This document shows, piece by piece, positions 19,500 to 28,600 of a DNA stretch of 64,000 bases. Below the pieces are notes generated by a model. That model saw only the letters and a program-made list of their open reading frames with translations, was not told the origin of the DNA and did no database searches. Position 1 is the stretch's first letter. Each line of letters starts with the position of its first letter. Position numbers and translations under genes: made by a program. The stretch comes from Novipirellula aureliae (GTDB lineage: Bacteria > Planctomycetota > Planctomycetia > Pirellulales > Pirellulaceae), in NCBI RefSeq assembly GCF_007860185.1, contig NZ_SJPY01000002.1, forward strand, positions 252,374 to 316,373, written 5' to 3'.

Positions 19500-20129
19500 A
19501 TGATCACTATCGTTGATTACCAAATGGGGAATCTCCGCAGCGTCCAGAAAGGGATCGAGCGGATTGGCGGTTCGGCAACCATTAGCTCGGATCCGAAGGA
19601 AATCGCAAAGGCTTCCCAGTTGATCTTGCCGGGCGTTGGTGCATTTGGTGATGCGATGGCTGAAATCAATCGCCGCGATCTGGCGAAACCTATTCTCGAT
19701 TTCATCGCATCAGGACGCCCCTTTTTGGGGATTTGTCTCGGCCTGCAATTGCTGTTTGAACGAGGATTTGAGCACGGCGAACATGAGGGACTCGGGGTGC
19801 TTGCCGGTGATGTGGTTCGCTTTGACCTGCCAAACAACTACAAAGTTCCGCACATGGGATGGAACACCGTTTCCACCCGGAAACCCTGCCGAATCGTTAA
19901 TAAACTCAATGACGAAACACACTTTTACTTCGTGCATTCCTATTTTGTTCGTCCAACCGACCCATCCGTGATTGCACTGGAGTGTGATTATGGCGGTCCG
20001 TTTTGTGCAATGGTCAGCCGTGACAACCTATTTGCGACTCAATTTCATCCCGAAAAGAGTCAAGAAGTAGGGCTAAAACTATTGGCCGAATTCTCGAAGT
20101 TAGGCGACGCAAACGGAGTCGATGAGTGA
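19500..20129 (+). CDS. hisH: imidazole glycerol phosphate synthase glutamine amidotransferase subunit
   Basis: MITIVDYQMGNLRSV, GVGAF, catalytic Cys in LGICLGLQ, HPEKS at the C-terminus. Class I glutamine amidotransferase, 209 aa. Confidence 0.9.
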   Translation: MITIVDYQMGNLRSVQKGIERIGGSATISSDPKEIAKASQLILPGVGAFGDAMAEINRRDLAKPILDFIASGRPFLGICLGLQLLFERGFEHGEHEGLGVLAGDVVRFDLPNNYKVPHMGWNTVSTRKPCRIVNKLNDETHFYFVHSYFVRPTDPSVIALECDYGGPFCAMVSRDNLFATQFHPEKSQEVGLKLLAEFSKLGDANGVDE

Positions 20130-20623
20130 TCACCTCGCCTCCTGATTTGAATCTTGCTTCGCAGGATGGATCGATTCAAGTTTGCTTCCGATGGCACCAA
20201 GACCGATACCAACACCACTTTGGCACGGCAGCGGAAATGCCGCTAATGACAAGCATCGAAGACAACGGCGGTCTCGCTTGGCCCTGCTCACCGCCAATCC
20301 AACAATTGTCGCTCGAGGCGATTCCCCTGGGGGACGCGTTACTCGGCGTTGGTGGTGCGGGGACGAGTCATTGGAGCATCAGTGTTCACCACGTCGCCTC
20401 GGCCAACCAACCAACATTACAATTCGAATTGGCTTGTCGCTATAAGATAGCACCCGGCTTTTTGGGGAGTCGTTACGACCACCATCCGGATCTGATCGTC
20501 ACAGCGGGTGATGACGCGACGCTCGATCTTGACGGGGATGTTTTGACCGTCAAACCGAAGAGGATTGCCAATCAGGGCACGAGCCGATGGAGTTATCAGG
20601 TTTCTAAGCCACTGGGGCGATAG
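20126..20623 (+). CDS. hypothetical protein (overlaps hisH stop by 4 bp)
   Basis: 165-aa ORF in an ATGA overlap with hisH where hisA is usually found. It is not HisA-like and has no recognisable motifs. Confidence 0.35.
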   Translation: MITSPPDLNLASQDGSIQVCFRWHQDRYQHHFGTAAEMPLMTSIEDNGGLAWPCSPPIQQLSLEAIPLGDALLGVGGAGTSHWSISVHHVASANQPTLQFELACRYKIAPGFLGSRYDHHPDLIVTAGDDATLDLDGDVLTVKPKRIANQGTSRWSYQVSKPLGR

Positions 20624-20785
20624 CCTCGGTCTGAAAACGAGAACTCCAGCCTAGGACCGCAACAAACCCCAGGCCGTCGCGTTAATAATGAACTTGGCTT
20701 GTTGATAATTCACATCTCAACAGTCATAATCTATTTTGCTTCCCCATACCCAATCCCCACGTTCTTCACCTTCGGAGTGTTAACC

Positions 20786-21526
20786 ATGCTACGTCTTTCG
20801 CTTGCTATGCTGATTGGTTCATTTGTTACCCATTTAATCGCCGATGACGTATGGCAACCATCCGCTGCGGATTCGACCGAATGGAAATCTTTGTTCAATG
20901 GCGAAAACTTGGATGGCTGGGACGGTGACTCTCGACTTTGGTCGGTCGTCGATGGAGTCATCCATGGTGAAACAACCACCGAAAATCCAGCGAAAGGTAA
21001 CACCTTCCTGATTTGGAAAGGTGGCAATGTCAATGACTTTGAAATGAGCCTTTCGTTCCGTTGCAATGCAGTGAACAATTCGGGGATCATGTATCGATCT
21101 GAACAGATCACGAATCAAAACCCATGGTCGATGAAAGGTTATCAACACGAAATTCGAAACGAAGAGATTTTCCCAAACGTATCGAGCTTTATCTACGAAG
21201 AGAAAGGCAAACGAGGCCGCATTTGTCTGGTCGGCGAAAAAGCGGTTTGGACGGCAGATGGAAAAAAGGTGCTCGACGATTCATTGATCAGCGAACCAGC
21301 CTTCAAGGAATTGATGAAGGTCGATGATTGGAATCATGTGACGATTATTGCCAAGGGAAACCGCATCCAACACTACCTGAACGGCAAATTGGTTGTCGAC
21401 TTTACTGACGAACACCCTGAATTGGCTCGTTCGGAAGGCAAAGTCGGACTGCAACTTCACGCCGGAAAACCAATGTGGGCCGAGTTCAAAGACATACGCC
21501 TGCGTGAATTGAACAGCGAAGAGTAG
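20786..21526 (+). CDS. DUF1080 domain protein (3-keto-disaccharide hydrolase-like), secreted
   Basis: Signal peptide MLRLSLAMLIGSFVTHLIA, then LFNGENLDGWDGDSRLWSVVDGVIHG ... GNTFLIWKG ... SGIMYRSE ... GYQHEI ... VGLQLHAG, the conserved blocks of the DUF1080 jelly-roll family. ATG at 20786 chosen over the upstream in-frame codon. Confidence 0.7.
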   Translation: MLRLSLAMLIGSFVTHLIADDVWQPSAADSTEWKSLFNGENLDGWDGDSRLWSVVDGVIHGETTTENPAKGNTFLIWKGGNVNDFEMSLSFRCNAVNNSGIMYRSEQITNQNPWSMKGYQHEIRNEEIFPNVSSFIYEEKGKRGRICLVGEKAVWTADGKKVLDDSLISEPAFKELMKVDDWNHVTIIAKGNRIQHYLNGKLVVDFTDEHPELARSEGKVGLQLHAGKPMWAEFKDIRLRELNSEE

Positions 21527-21540
21527 TACTTTTTTAAAGT

Positions 21541-21588
21541 AGTGGATCTTGTTAAAGATCCTACGCACGGGATCTTTAACAAGATCCA
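21541..21588. terminator. perfect 20-bp inverted repeat with 8-nt loop between convergent genes (putative bidirectional terminator hairpin)
   Basis: GTGGATCTTGTTAAAGATCC-tacgcacg-GGATCTTTAACAAGATCCAC, 15 bp after the DUF1080 stop and 62 bp before the pfk stop on the other strand. No flanking U-tract on either side. Confidence 0.5.
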
Positions 21589-21649
21589 CTACCGCCAACC
21601 CTCGTTCTTATCCAGGCCGTCGTCCCAGGCTACTGCCCTGCCCTGCGGC

Positions 21650-22774
21650 CTACGGACGGCCGAGGCAAACGCCGGTGAGTTCGGCGGTTCGGACCCAGGG
21701 GTGATCCTCCGTCACCAGCTTTTTTTTGCCGGCGATATCCGCTAGCGGTAGCGCTTCGAATCCGTCACCGCGAGCTGCGACCATGACACCATAGGTCTGG
21801 TTGTGCAGCAGTTCTGCACAGGATGCACCGAGCCGAGTCGCCAGAATGCGGTCGGTAGCCGATGGCGTGCCGCCACGTTGCAAGTGACCGAGAATGGTCA
21901 AGCGTGATTCGATTCCTGTCAACTCTTCCAATTTCTTCGTTAACTTGAGCGTATTACCAACATGGTTTTCATGGAATTCGGCCAGTTCTTCTGACGCTTG
22001 CTTGCGTTCTTTCTTTGAATCGGCTTCTTTTTTCTGGCGAGCTAATTCTTCGATCTTTTCCGATTCGATCGCCGTCATTGCTCCTTCGGCAACGGCCACG
22101 ATGCTGAATCGACGTCCGCGCCGAGCACGTTCTCTGATCGCGCCTGCGACCGATTCGATCGAGTAAGGGATTTCAGGGATCAGAATCGCATCGGCTCCAC
22201 CCGCGATCCCAGCTCCAAGGGCCAACCATCCGGCGCGATGCCCCATTGTTTCGACCACGATGATGCGATGATGGCTCGTTGCGGTCGAATGCAATCGATC
22301 GATGGCTTCGGTGACAATTTCCAATGCGGTATCAAAACCGAACGAAACATCGGTACCAAAGATGTCGTTATCAATCGTCTTGGGGAGGGTGATCACATTG
22401 AGCCCCGCGTCGGCCATACGTAGCGCATTTTTCTGAGTACCGCCGCCCCCGATGCAAACGACGGCATCGAGCCCATGTTTACGGTAGGTATCGACGGCGG
22501 CCTGAGTCATATCCTCGGTTCGATCACCGATCGGCATTTTGTGCGGTTTATCGCGACTCGTTCCGAGTATGGTGCCTCCATCGGTCAGGATCCCAGCGAG
22601 TTGTTCCCCATCGATACGTAAAATCCGATCTTGGGTCAGCCCTCGAAAACCGTCGCGAAAACCGATGACGGCCATGTCAAATTCATCCATCGCCGCCTTG
22701 CCGACTCCTCGAATCGCTGCATTAAGGCCAGGACAATCACCGCCGCTCGTTAAAATTCCAATTGATCTTCTCAC
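21650..22774 (-). CDS. pfk: 6-phosphofructokinase (PFK-A family; phosphoryl donor not resolved)
   Basis: [19 protein letters not shown], ...[11 protein letters not shown]..., [20 protein letters not shown]. The GGDGS box is GGGGT here, so PPi-dependence cannot be excluded. Confidence 0.85.
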   Translation of the reverse strand: MRRSIGILTSGGDCPGLNAAIRGVGKAAMDEFDMAVIGFRDGFRGLTQDRILRIDGEQLAGILTDGGTILGTSRDKPHKMPIGDRTEDMTQAAVDTYRKHGLDAVVCIGGGGTQKNALRMADAGLNVITLPKTIDNDIFGTDVSFGFDTALEIVTEAIDRLHSTATSHHRIIVVETMGHRAGWLALGAGIAGGADAILIPEIPYSIESVAGAIRERARRGRRFSIVAVAEGAMTAIESEKIEELARQKKEADSKKERKQASEELAEFHENHVGNTLKLTKKLEELTGIESRLTILGHLQRGGTPSATDRILATRLGASCAELLHNQTYGVMVAARGDGFEALPLADIAGKKKLVTEDHPWVRTAELTGVCLGRP

Positions 22775-23034
22775 GTATTAGATTCCTGCTGTTGAAGAGT
22801 TAAAGTTCATGCGATTCGTTCATGCGATTCAAGGTTGAAGTGAATAGTTTACCACACGACAAGCTTCCTTCGAAATCACCGCAATTTTTGCCTCCTGGCG
22901 AATTCTGCGTTAAGCTCGGGGAATCCCCCCGAGCACAATTTTGACACGATCGGTCGATTGATACCGAGACGGGTATTGTTTGCGAGTCAGCGATGTGGGG
23001 ATGCGGAACAAACCGTGGCCATCCCCAAAACCGC

Positions 23035-24939
23035 TCAGCGTCTGCGGCGTCCCTGCTTTGCTTTGCGTTTGATCATTGCTTTGCGTTTTCGGACCCATTC
23101 GGGTTGCACGCTGGCAAGATCAATTCCAGCAGCGAGGAGTGCCTTGTCCCAGTCGCCATAGAATTTTTCAGCCGTCAATATCAGAGCACTATCGCGAATA
23201 TCATCGTCGCCATGCGAAACCGCTCGATGGTTGAGTGGTATCCCCTCCTTGTGCCGACGTTGTAACTCCGCGATGACTTCGTCGCGGCTTTCATAGGTGC
23301 GATAAGTACGCTTCTTCATCGCTTCGTAGTCTTGCTGCTTGTGAACCACCGAATCGTACTCGATTCCAGCGGCTTCGATCGCCGCTTGCCAACTGCCAAA
23401 CAATTTACGAGCACTGTAGAGCAGTGGCTGATCGGTGGCATCGCCGTGGGTAAGGCCACGTACGTTAATCGGCTGGTCCTTCTTTTGCCGTTTGCGAATT
23501 TCGTCGACGACTTGCTTTTCCGTAACGTATTTCCGAATCGGTTCGAGGTTGAATTGATGGTAAGCTTTCGGATCTTGTCCCGACGCCCTGACGGCAGCCT
23601 GCCAGGTGCCAAAGAAACCGCTAGCCATACAATAAAGTTGCTTGTCGATCTCGTTTTGGCAAAGTTGCTCTCTTGCCAACGACCGACCGCCGCGGTTCCG
23701 TTTCTTCAGCTCAGCGGTCACTTTTGCAGTCGTTGAAAATGGGGTTTGACTGGCCTCGCGAATTTGTCGCGAATTGCCACCCGCCTTTTTGACGGCGTTT
23801 CGCCAACTGCCGAAGAGCTCGAACGCTTTCTTCCATAACCGCAAATCAGAGCGAGAACCGTAGTAGAGATCGAGAGGTGCTAGGCTATACTGATGATCCA
23901 ATCGATAGCGGATCGCTTCAAGCACATCCTGTTCGGTTTCATAGTTCACACGTCGGACACGCAACTTTTGCGGAACCCGAGCGGCATCGAGACAGGCGGT
24001 CCAATTACCAAAAAAACGAGCTGCTGCGTCGGTTAGCTGCGTGCCATTCGGCCACAAACTTACTGCCGTATGAGACAAATCCGCCTTTTCTCGGCTCTTT
24101 CGCCGCACCTCCTTTAACACCGATTCCTTCGTCAGATAGTGATGACCTCCAAAAACGGCTTTGCCAAAATCAACCTTCGCTGCTTCTAACGCGGCGGTCC
24201 AGTTGCCGTAACGGCGCATCGCCCAAACAAATTGCCGCGGTCGCCGATGCCACGTGTCATACTCTCCGAGTAACGTGACTTGCGTGCAATCGACTCCTCG
24301 ACTTTCACGGTCCTCAAGCCATTGCTTGAAATCGGCGAGCGTAAAGTCACTGTCTCGCGTGAACCCTCGATACTCCACAGGGTCAATATCGATTCGCCGC
24401 AGCACATCATCCCAGCTCATCGGATCGAGGAAGATTTTGAACACACCAACCAAGGAGCAATCGATCGTCGTCATCGTTTCATAGTCCATCCAAAAGCCCC
24501 GCATGGCATATTCGTTGATACGGTCCAATATGTATTCGGCGGTGTAAATGGGTTCCCAATGTGGAATGAACTCGGGATGAGGGGGGCGTTTTGAATTGCC
24601 TGTCAATTTTTCGCGTAAACGCTCGCTGACGAGTTCCGCATCGGGATACTCCTCGCGATAATCTTCGGTCGACATCTCGTGAGCCGACCGCAGATGTACC
24701 GTCAAATTCTGAAAACGACGGCCACAAACACGACACTCCGTCGTTTCACGCACATAAATGCGGATTTTATCATACGTCAAACCGGCATCCGCCAGGGCCG
24801 CTTTCCATCCCCAATACGGAGTTTCCGCATAGACAGCCGAAACCAATTCCGGATGGTCTCGTTTGACAGCAGAAAGGTTCAACGGTTCACATCGCCGATG
24901 TAGACGGCGAATGGTTTGGATTACTTGTTTACGGTTCAT
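23035..24939 (-). CDS. MucR/Ros-type C2H2 zinc-finger protein fused to ~7 homing-endonuclease-associated (HNH_repeat-like) repeats
   Basis: Near N-terminus: CRVCGRRFQNLTVHLRSAHEMSTEDYREEY (C-X2-C-X9-H-X4-H plus the E-YR-W/Y tail of the Ros/MucR domain). Then repeated ~60-aa modules each ending in an aromatic-G-x-W-x-x-A-h-x-x-A-G motif: YGNWTAALEAAK, FGNWTACLDAAR, FGSWRNAVKKAG, FGTWQAAVRASG, FGSWQAAIEAAG, YGDWDKALLAAG. Basic C-terminal tail. Confidence 0.6.
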   Translation of the reverse strand: MNRKQVIQTIRRLHRRCEPLNLSAVKRDHPELVSAVYAETPYWGWKAALADAGLTYDKIRIYVRETTECRVCGRRFQNLTVHLRSAHEMSTEDYREEYPDAELVSERLREKLTGNSKRPPHPEFIPHWEPIYTAEYILDRINEYAMRGFWMDYETMTTIDCSLVGVFKIFLDPMSWDDVLRRIDIDPVEYRGFTRDSDFTLADFKQWLEDRESRGVDCTQVTLLGEYDTWHRRPRQFVWAMRRYGNWTAALEAAKVDFGKAVFGGHHYLTKESVLKEVRRKSREKADLSHTAVSLWPNGTQLTDAAARFFGNWTACLDAARVPQKLRVRRVNYETEQDVLEAIRYRLDHQYSLAPLDLYYGSRSDLRLWKKAFELFGSWRNAVKKAGGNSRQIREASQTPFSTTAKVTAELKKRNRGGRSLAREQLCQNEIDKQLYCMASGFFGTWQAAVRASGQDPKAYHQFNLEPIRKYVTEKQVVDEIRKRQKKDQPINVRGLTHGDATDQPLLYSARKLFGSWQAAIEAAGIEYDSVVHKQQDYEAMKKRTYRTYESRDEVIAELQRRHKEGIPLNHRAVSHGDDDIRDSALILTAEKFYGDWDKALLAAGIDLASVQPEWVRKRKAMIKRKAKQGRRRR

Positions 24940-25054
24940 CAGAATGCTGGCAGAAAGTGATTGGCGATCGACAATTCATTTTACCAGAATCGACGCCTCA
25001 CTGCGGCCTCCGCTAGCCAAGTGTTCGAGCCTGCCTATTGCTTTGTCACCGCTT

Positions 25055-25120
25055 GATTTTTAGGCTTGGCAAAAGTCTCGCCCCAGAAAACGGCGGCTAG
25101 AAGCCACAGCCACGAAAGAG
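25055..25120. repeat. solo copy of the GGCTTGGCAAAAG...GCCCCAG...AGAAGCCACAGCCACGAAAGA hairpin element
   Basis: aggcttggcaaaagtctcgccccagaaaacggcggctagaagccacagccacgaaagagg. Related to the 1349-1552 array and to 44432-44490 and 63380-63420. Confidence 0.6.
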
Positions 25121-25691
25121 GCTTCATTTTCGATCCGCTCACGTTTCCAATCTTGGCCTGTACAGCACATTGCCATGCAAAAAAGGTGTATTGAAATCCT
25201 TTAGGGAGAGTCGGACATGCCGGAAACGAAGCATGACGCACGATTGAATGTTCGAATCAACAGCGTATGGAAGAAAACCATAGAAGACGCCGCTGCTCAA
25301 ACACTTCACATCGCTTAACTCGTTGGAATTCGAGCGGTAGAAGTTGACGCTATCGATAATGCGGCTCAACCATTCTATCTCATGTTTGGATTCGGAAAAT
25401 CGCTCAAATTGAACTGGTTGACGCCGCGTAGTGGGGAGCTTGGCAAAATCATATAAACCCATCTTTTCACCGCTTATCCTCGAACCTTATCCGGGCTAGC
25501 TCGGATGATTCATGGGCTTGCAAATTGTTTTGCTAACGTCTACGCCTTCAAGCGTTTACGTTCTTTGCTCGAAAAACAGTCTGCGTATCATCCGGGCTAG
25601 CTGGTTTTAGGTTTGACCGTCAATATCGCCGACGATTTTGTTTTTCCGAAAGCTGGGGAGAAGCGGCGAAAGCCTGGACTCCAACGAGTGG

Positions 25692-28600
25692 TTATCGATC
25701 CGGTGGGGGGGTGCGTGGTTCGAACGATGCCTCGGCTTCGTCGTACTGTTGGAGCATTTTTTCGAGTTGTTTTTTCAGACCTTCTAGGTCGCGGCTGTTG
25801 TCTAAGGATTCATTCAATAGCGGACGAAGCCATTCTTGCATTAAATGAAATTGGCCTTTGACTAATTCGGCAATCTCTCGAGGCACGCGGTACTGGACCA
25901 CCACCTTTTGCTCGGGCGGCGACAGTGCTTGCTGGGTGCTGATCTGTTCCAGATTCTTACTCGTTGCCGTTAACGTATCGGATAACTGTGATGCGGATGT
26001 CGATAGACTTTGCCGCAGCAGATCGAGCCGTGTGTCCATCCGCTCTTCCGCTCCTTCGCGGCCGATCGCGATGGCTTTGGAGATAACTTGCCGAATCGAT
26101 TCGAGTCCATCTCGCATCGATGCTAATTGTCGCATCAACTGGCCCGCCTGATCTTCACTATCCATTCCCTGCATCCGTACACTTTCGACATAAGCGTACT
26201 TGATCGCATCCCAACGCTCTTTCTCTTCCGCCGTCAAAATCCCCATAATCTCTTTGAACTTTAAAACGTTCGCTTCGTTGTCGGTCGTCAGTGTTTGTGC
26301 ATCCTGCTCGTACGTACTGACGATCAAGGTTTGCAACTCTCGCTCGTTCATCACGCCCGCCACCCGCTCGGCGATGCGGTTCATGTTTCGGTAACTACCC
26401 TGCAATTTGAACGCTGGCTCCGTTCGATAGGCATCCGCTTGCGCCGCACTTCGGATGTAGGCACGATTGACCTTCAACACGACGTCGCGAACCCGCAGCA
26501 GTTTACGGATAACTTCGAACATTTCGCGAACTTGATCGACCGATAGATTACTTTCAAGCTCAATCCCCTCGAGTGAATCTCGCCCTGCGGCGCGGATAAT
26601 CGCTCTCGCATCCTCGGGCGGTGCGGTCGCCAACGGCGAGAGCGTACGATTGCTGGTCAAGCAATTCTCTAGATAGCTCATTTCGAATGCGTCAGCCGAA
26701 TCGCCGATGATTTCACCGAGGTTATAGACATCGGCACGGTTGCTGAGCATATCGGGAACTTGGAATCGCTCACCACTTTCGGTATACGGATTACCCGCCA
26801 TGACGACGGCGACACGGCGTCCTCGCAAATCGTACGTCCGCGTTTTCCCATTGCGCACCCCTTCGATCTTGCGAGTCGCATCGCAGAGCGAAATAAACTT
26901 TTGCAGTAACTCGGGATGGGTGTGTTGGATGTCATCCAAGTACAGCATCACGTTGTCACCCATTTCCAAAGCCAAGTTCAAACGCTCGACCTCTTCGCGG
27001 GCCGCCGCGTTGGGTGCTTCAGCTGGATCGAGTGACGTGACGCCATGACCGATCGCAGGTCCGTTGATCTTCATGAACACCACGCCGAGACGGTTTGCAA
27101 TATACTCCATCAACGTGGTTTTCCCGTAACCAGGCGGTGAAATCAACAGTAGCAACCCCATGCGATCGGTCCGTTTGTCCGCGCCGGCGACTCCCATTTG
27201 TTTTGCCAAGTTATCGCCGATCAGCGGCAGATAGACTTCATCGAGCAGTTGGTTGCGTACGAAACTGGTTAGCACTCGCGGCTTGAACTCCTCTAACCGC
27301 ATCGAGTCGCGTGCGTCGTCCACCAACCGACTTTTCGTTTCATGAAGCTTTCGATAGCGTGGAACAACGTCCGAGCGATAGTGTCGGACTCGGTCAAGAA
27401 TTTCATGGTAGTTCAAACTCATCACGCCGCGAGTAATCCGCGAATGGCTACCCGCCATCGACTCCAGCTTCTTGGCAACCGCCGCCTTGACGACCTTCAT
27501 CGAAGTAGGTCCTGCGTTATAGATTAGCCATGCCAATTCATCGAGATAGGAGGCCGCAGGGTCAAGATCATCGCTGTCACTGTGCTTACTTAAAAACGCA
27601 TCGGCCCAATTGCGTGACAAGATGAATGCGGATGTAGGTGACGACTCGTTCGCTTTGATCGAAGCGGCAACCAGCTTTTCGCGAGTCTCTTCGGGAAGTG
27701 ATTCAGCGAACGAGTGATGTAGATCGGCTGCTCGACTGCTGACGACTCCACGCCGTGGCGATTCGACGAATTGTTCGAACAAGTAGTCTGCCATCAGCTC
27801 GGGGGTAACGTTTTGCGAAAAGATTGGTTTCCACAACAATCCATCCGCTTCGGCAAGCTCGCTCAAACGGTGACGAAACTCCACGGCAGGTTTTGCCTCC
27901 GGAAATGCTTTTGCCAATTTCGCGAATCCCGCGATCCAATCGGTCATCGCTTTGCGTTGTTTCGAGTCGAGTAACTTATTAAACCACAGCAGCGACGCGG
28001 TGCGAACCGACGGAGAATGTCGGAGCAGCCCAATCGATCGGCTAAATTCTAGAAGCGACTTCAAGATCTGCATCGCGTCGAGATCGTGAACCCCTTTGGA
28101 ATAACCTTCACGAAACCGGTCTTGCAATTGTGAATTCATCCAGGCGGGTGTGACCGCTTCCGAATCGGTAAACACAGACGACTCAAATAAATCGACGGCC
28201 AGAAATTCGCTCCGATAGACGTCTCCGTTTTCACTGATCAGCTCTTGGTCCCACAAGTCCTTTGCGTTCGAGAGGTCCTCGTTTTGCAGCGGTTCGAAAA
28301 ACTGGGTGCCAGTCAGATGCAAACAAATCTCACCATCTCGCAGCACCGTTGTTAAATCGAGTGTTTGAGTGTTTACTGCGAAGCGGTGCCGTCCGAGGCG
28401 GATCACATCGCCACCGTCTTCGTAGAGGTCTTGTCGATCCTTTAGCTGCCGCGACGCGTCTTCTCGAATCGTCTTGAGGCGGCTTTCCAGGTCACCGACA
28501 CGAACCGCATCCCCAAGTTCGCCTAGTTGGCGGATGATGTCGCGGACCTTTTCGACCATCAAATCGCCAGCGAAATAGGCAGCGATTTCTTCGCTCGACT

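Noticed and set aside
25139-25462. 107-aa minus-strand ORF in the 750-bp gap between the MucR-repeat gene and the giant AAA+ gene
   Set aside because: No recognisable family and no clear start context. It could be a genuine small protein of the flotillin operon, but the evidence is insufficient, so I left it unannotated.
25700-25760. tRNA-like GGTTCGAAC segment (gggggtgcgtggttcgaacgatgcc)
   Set aside because: It lies inside the C-terminal codons of the giant AAA+ ORF. There is no acceptor-stem pairing or cloverleaf context and the T-loop consensus is incomplete. I found no convincing tRNA anywhere in the window.
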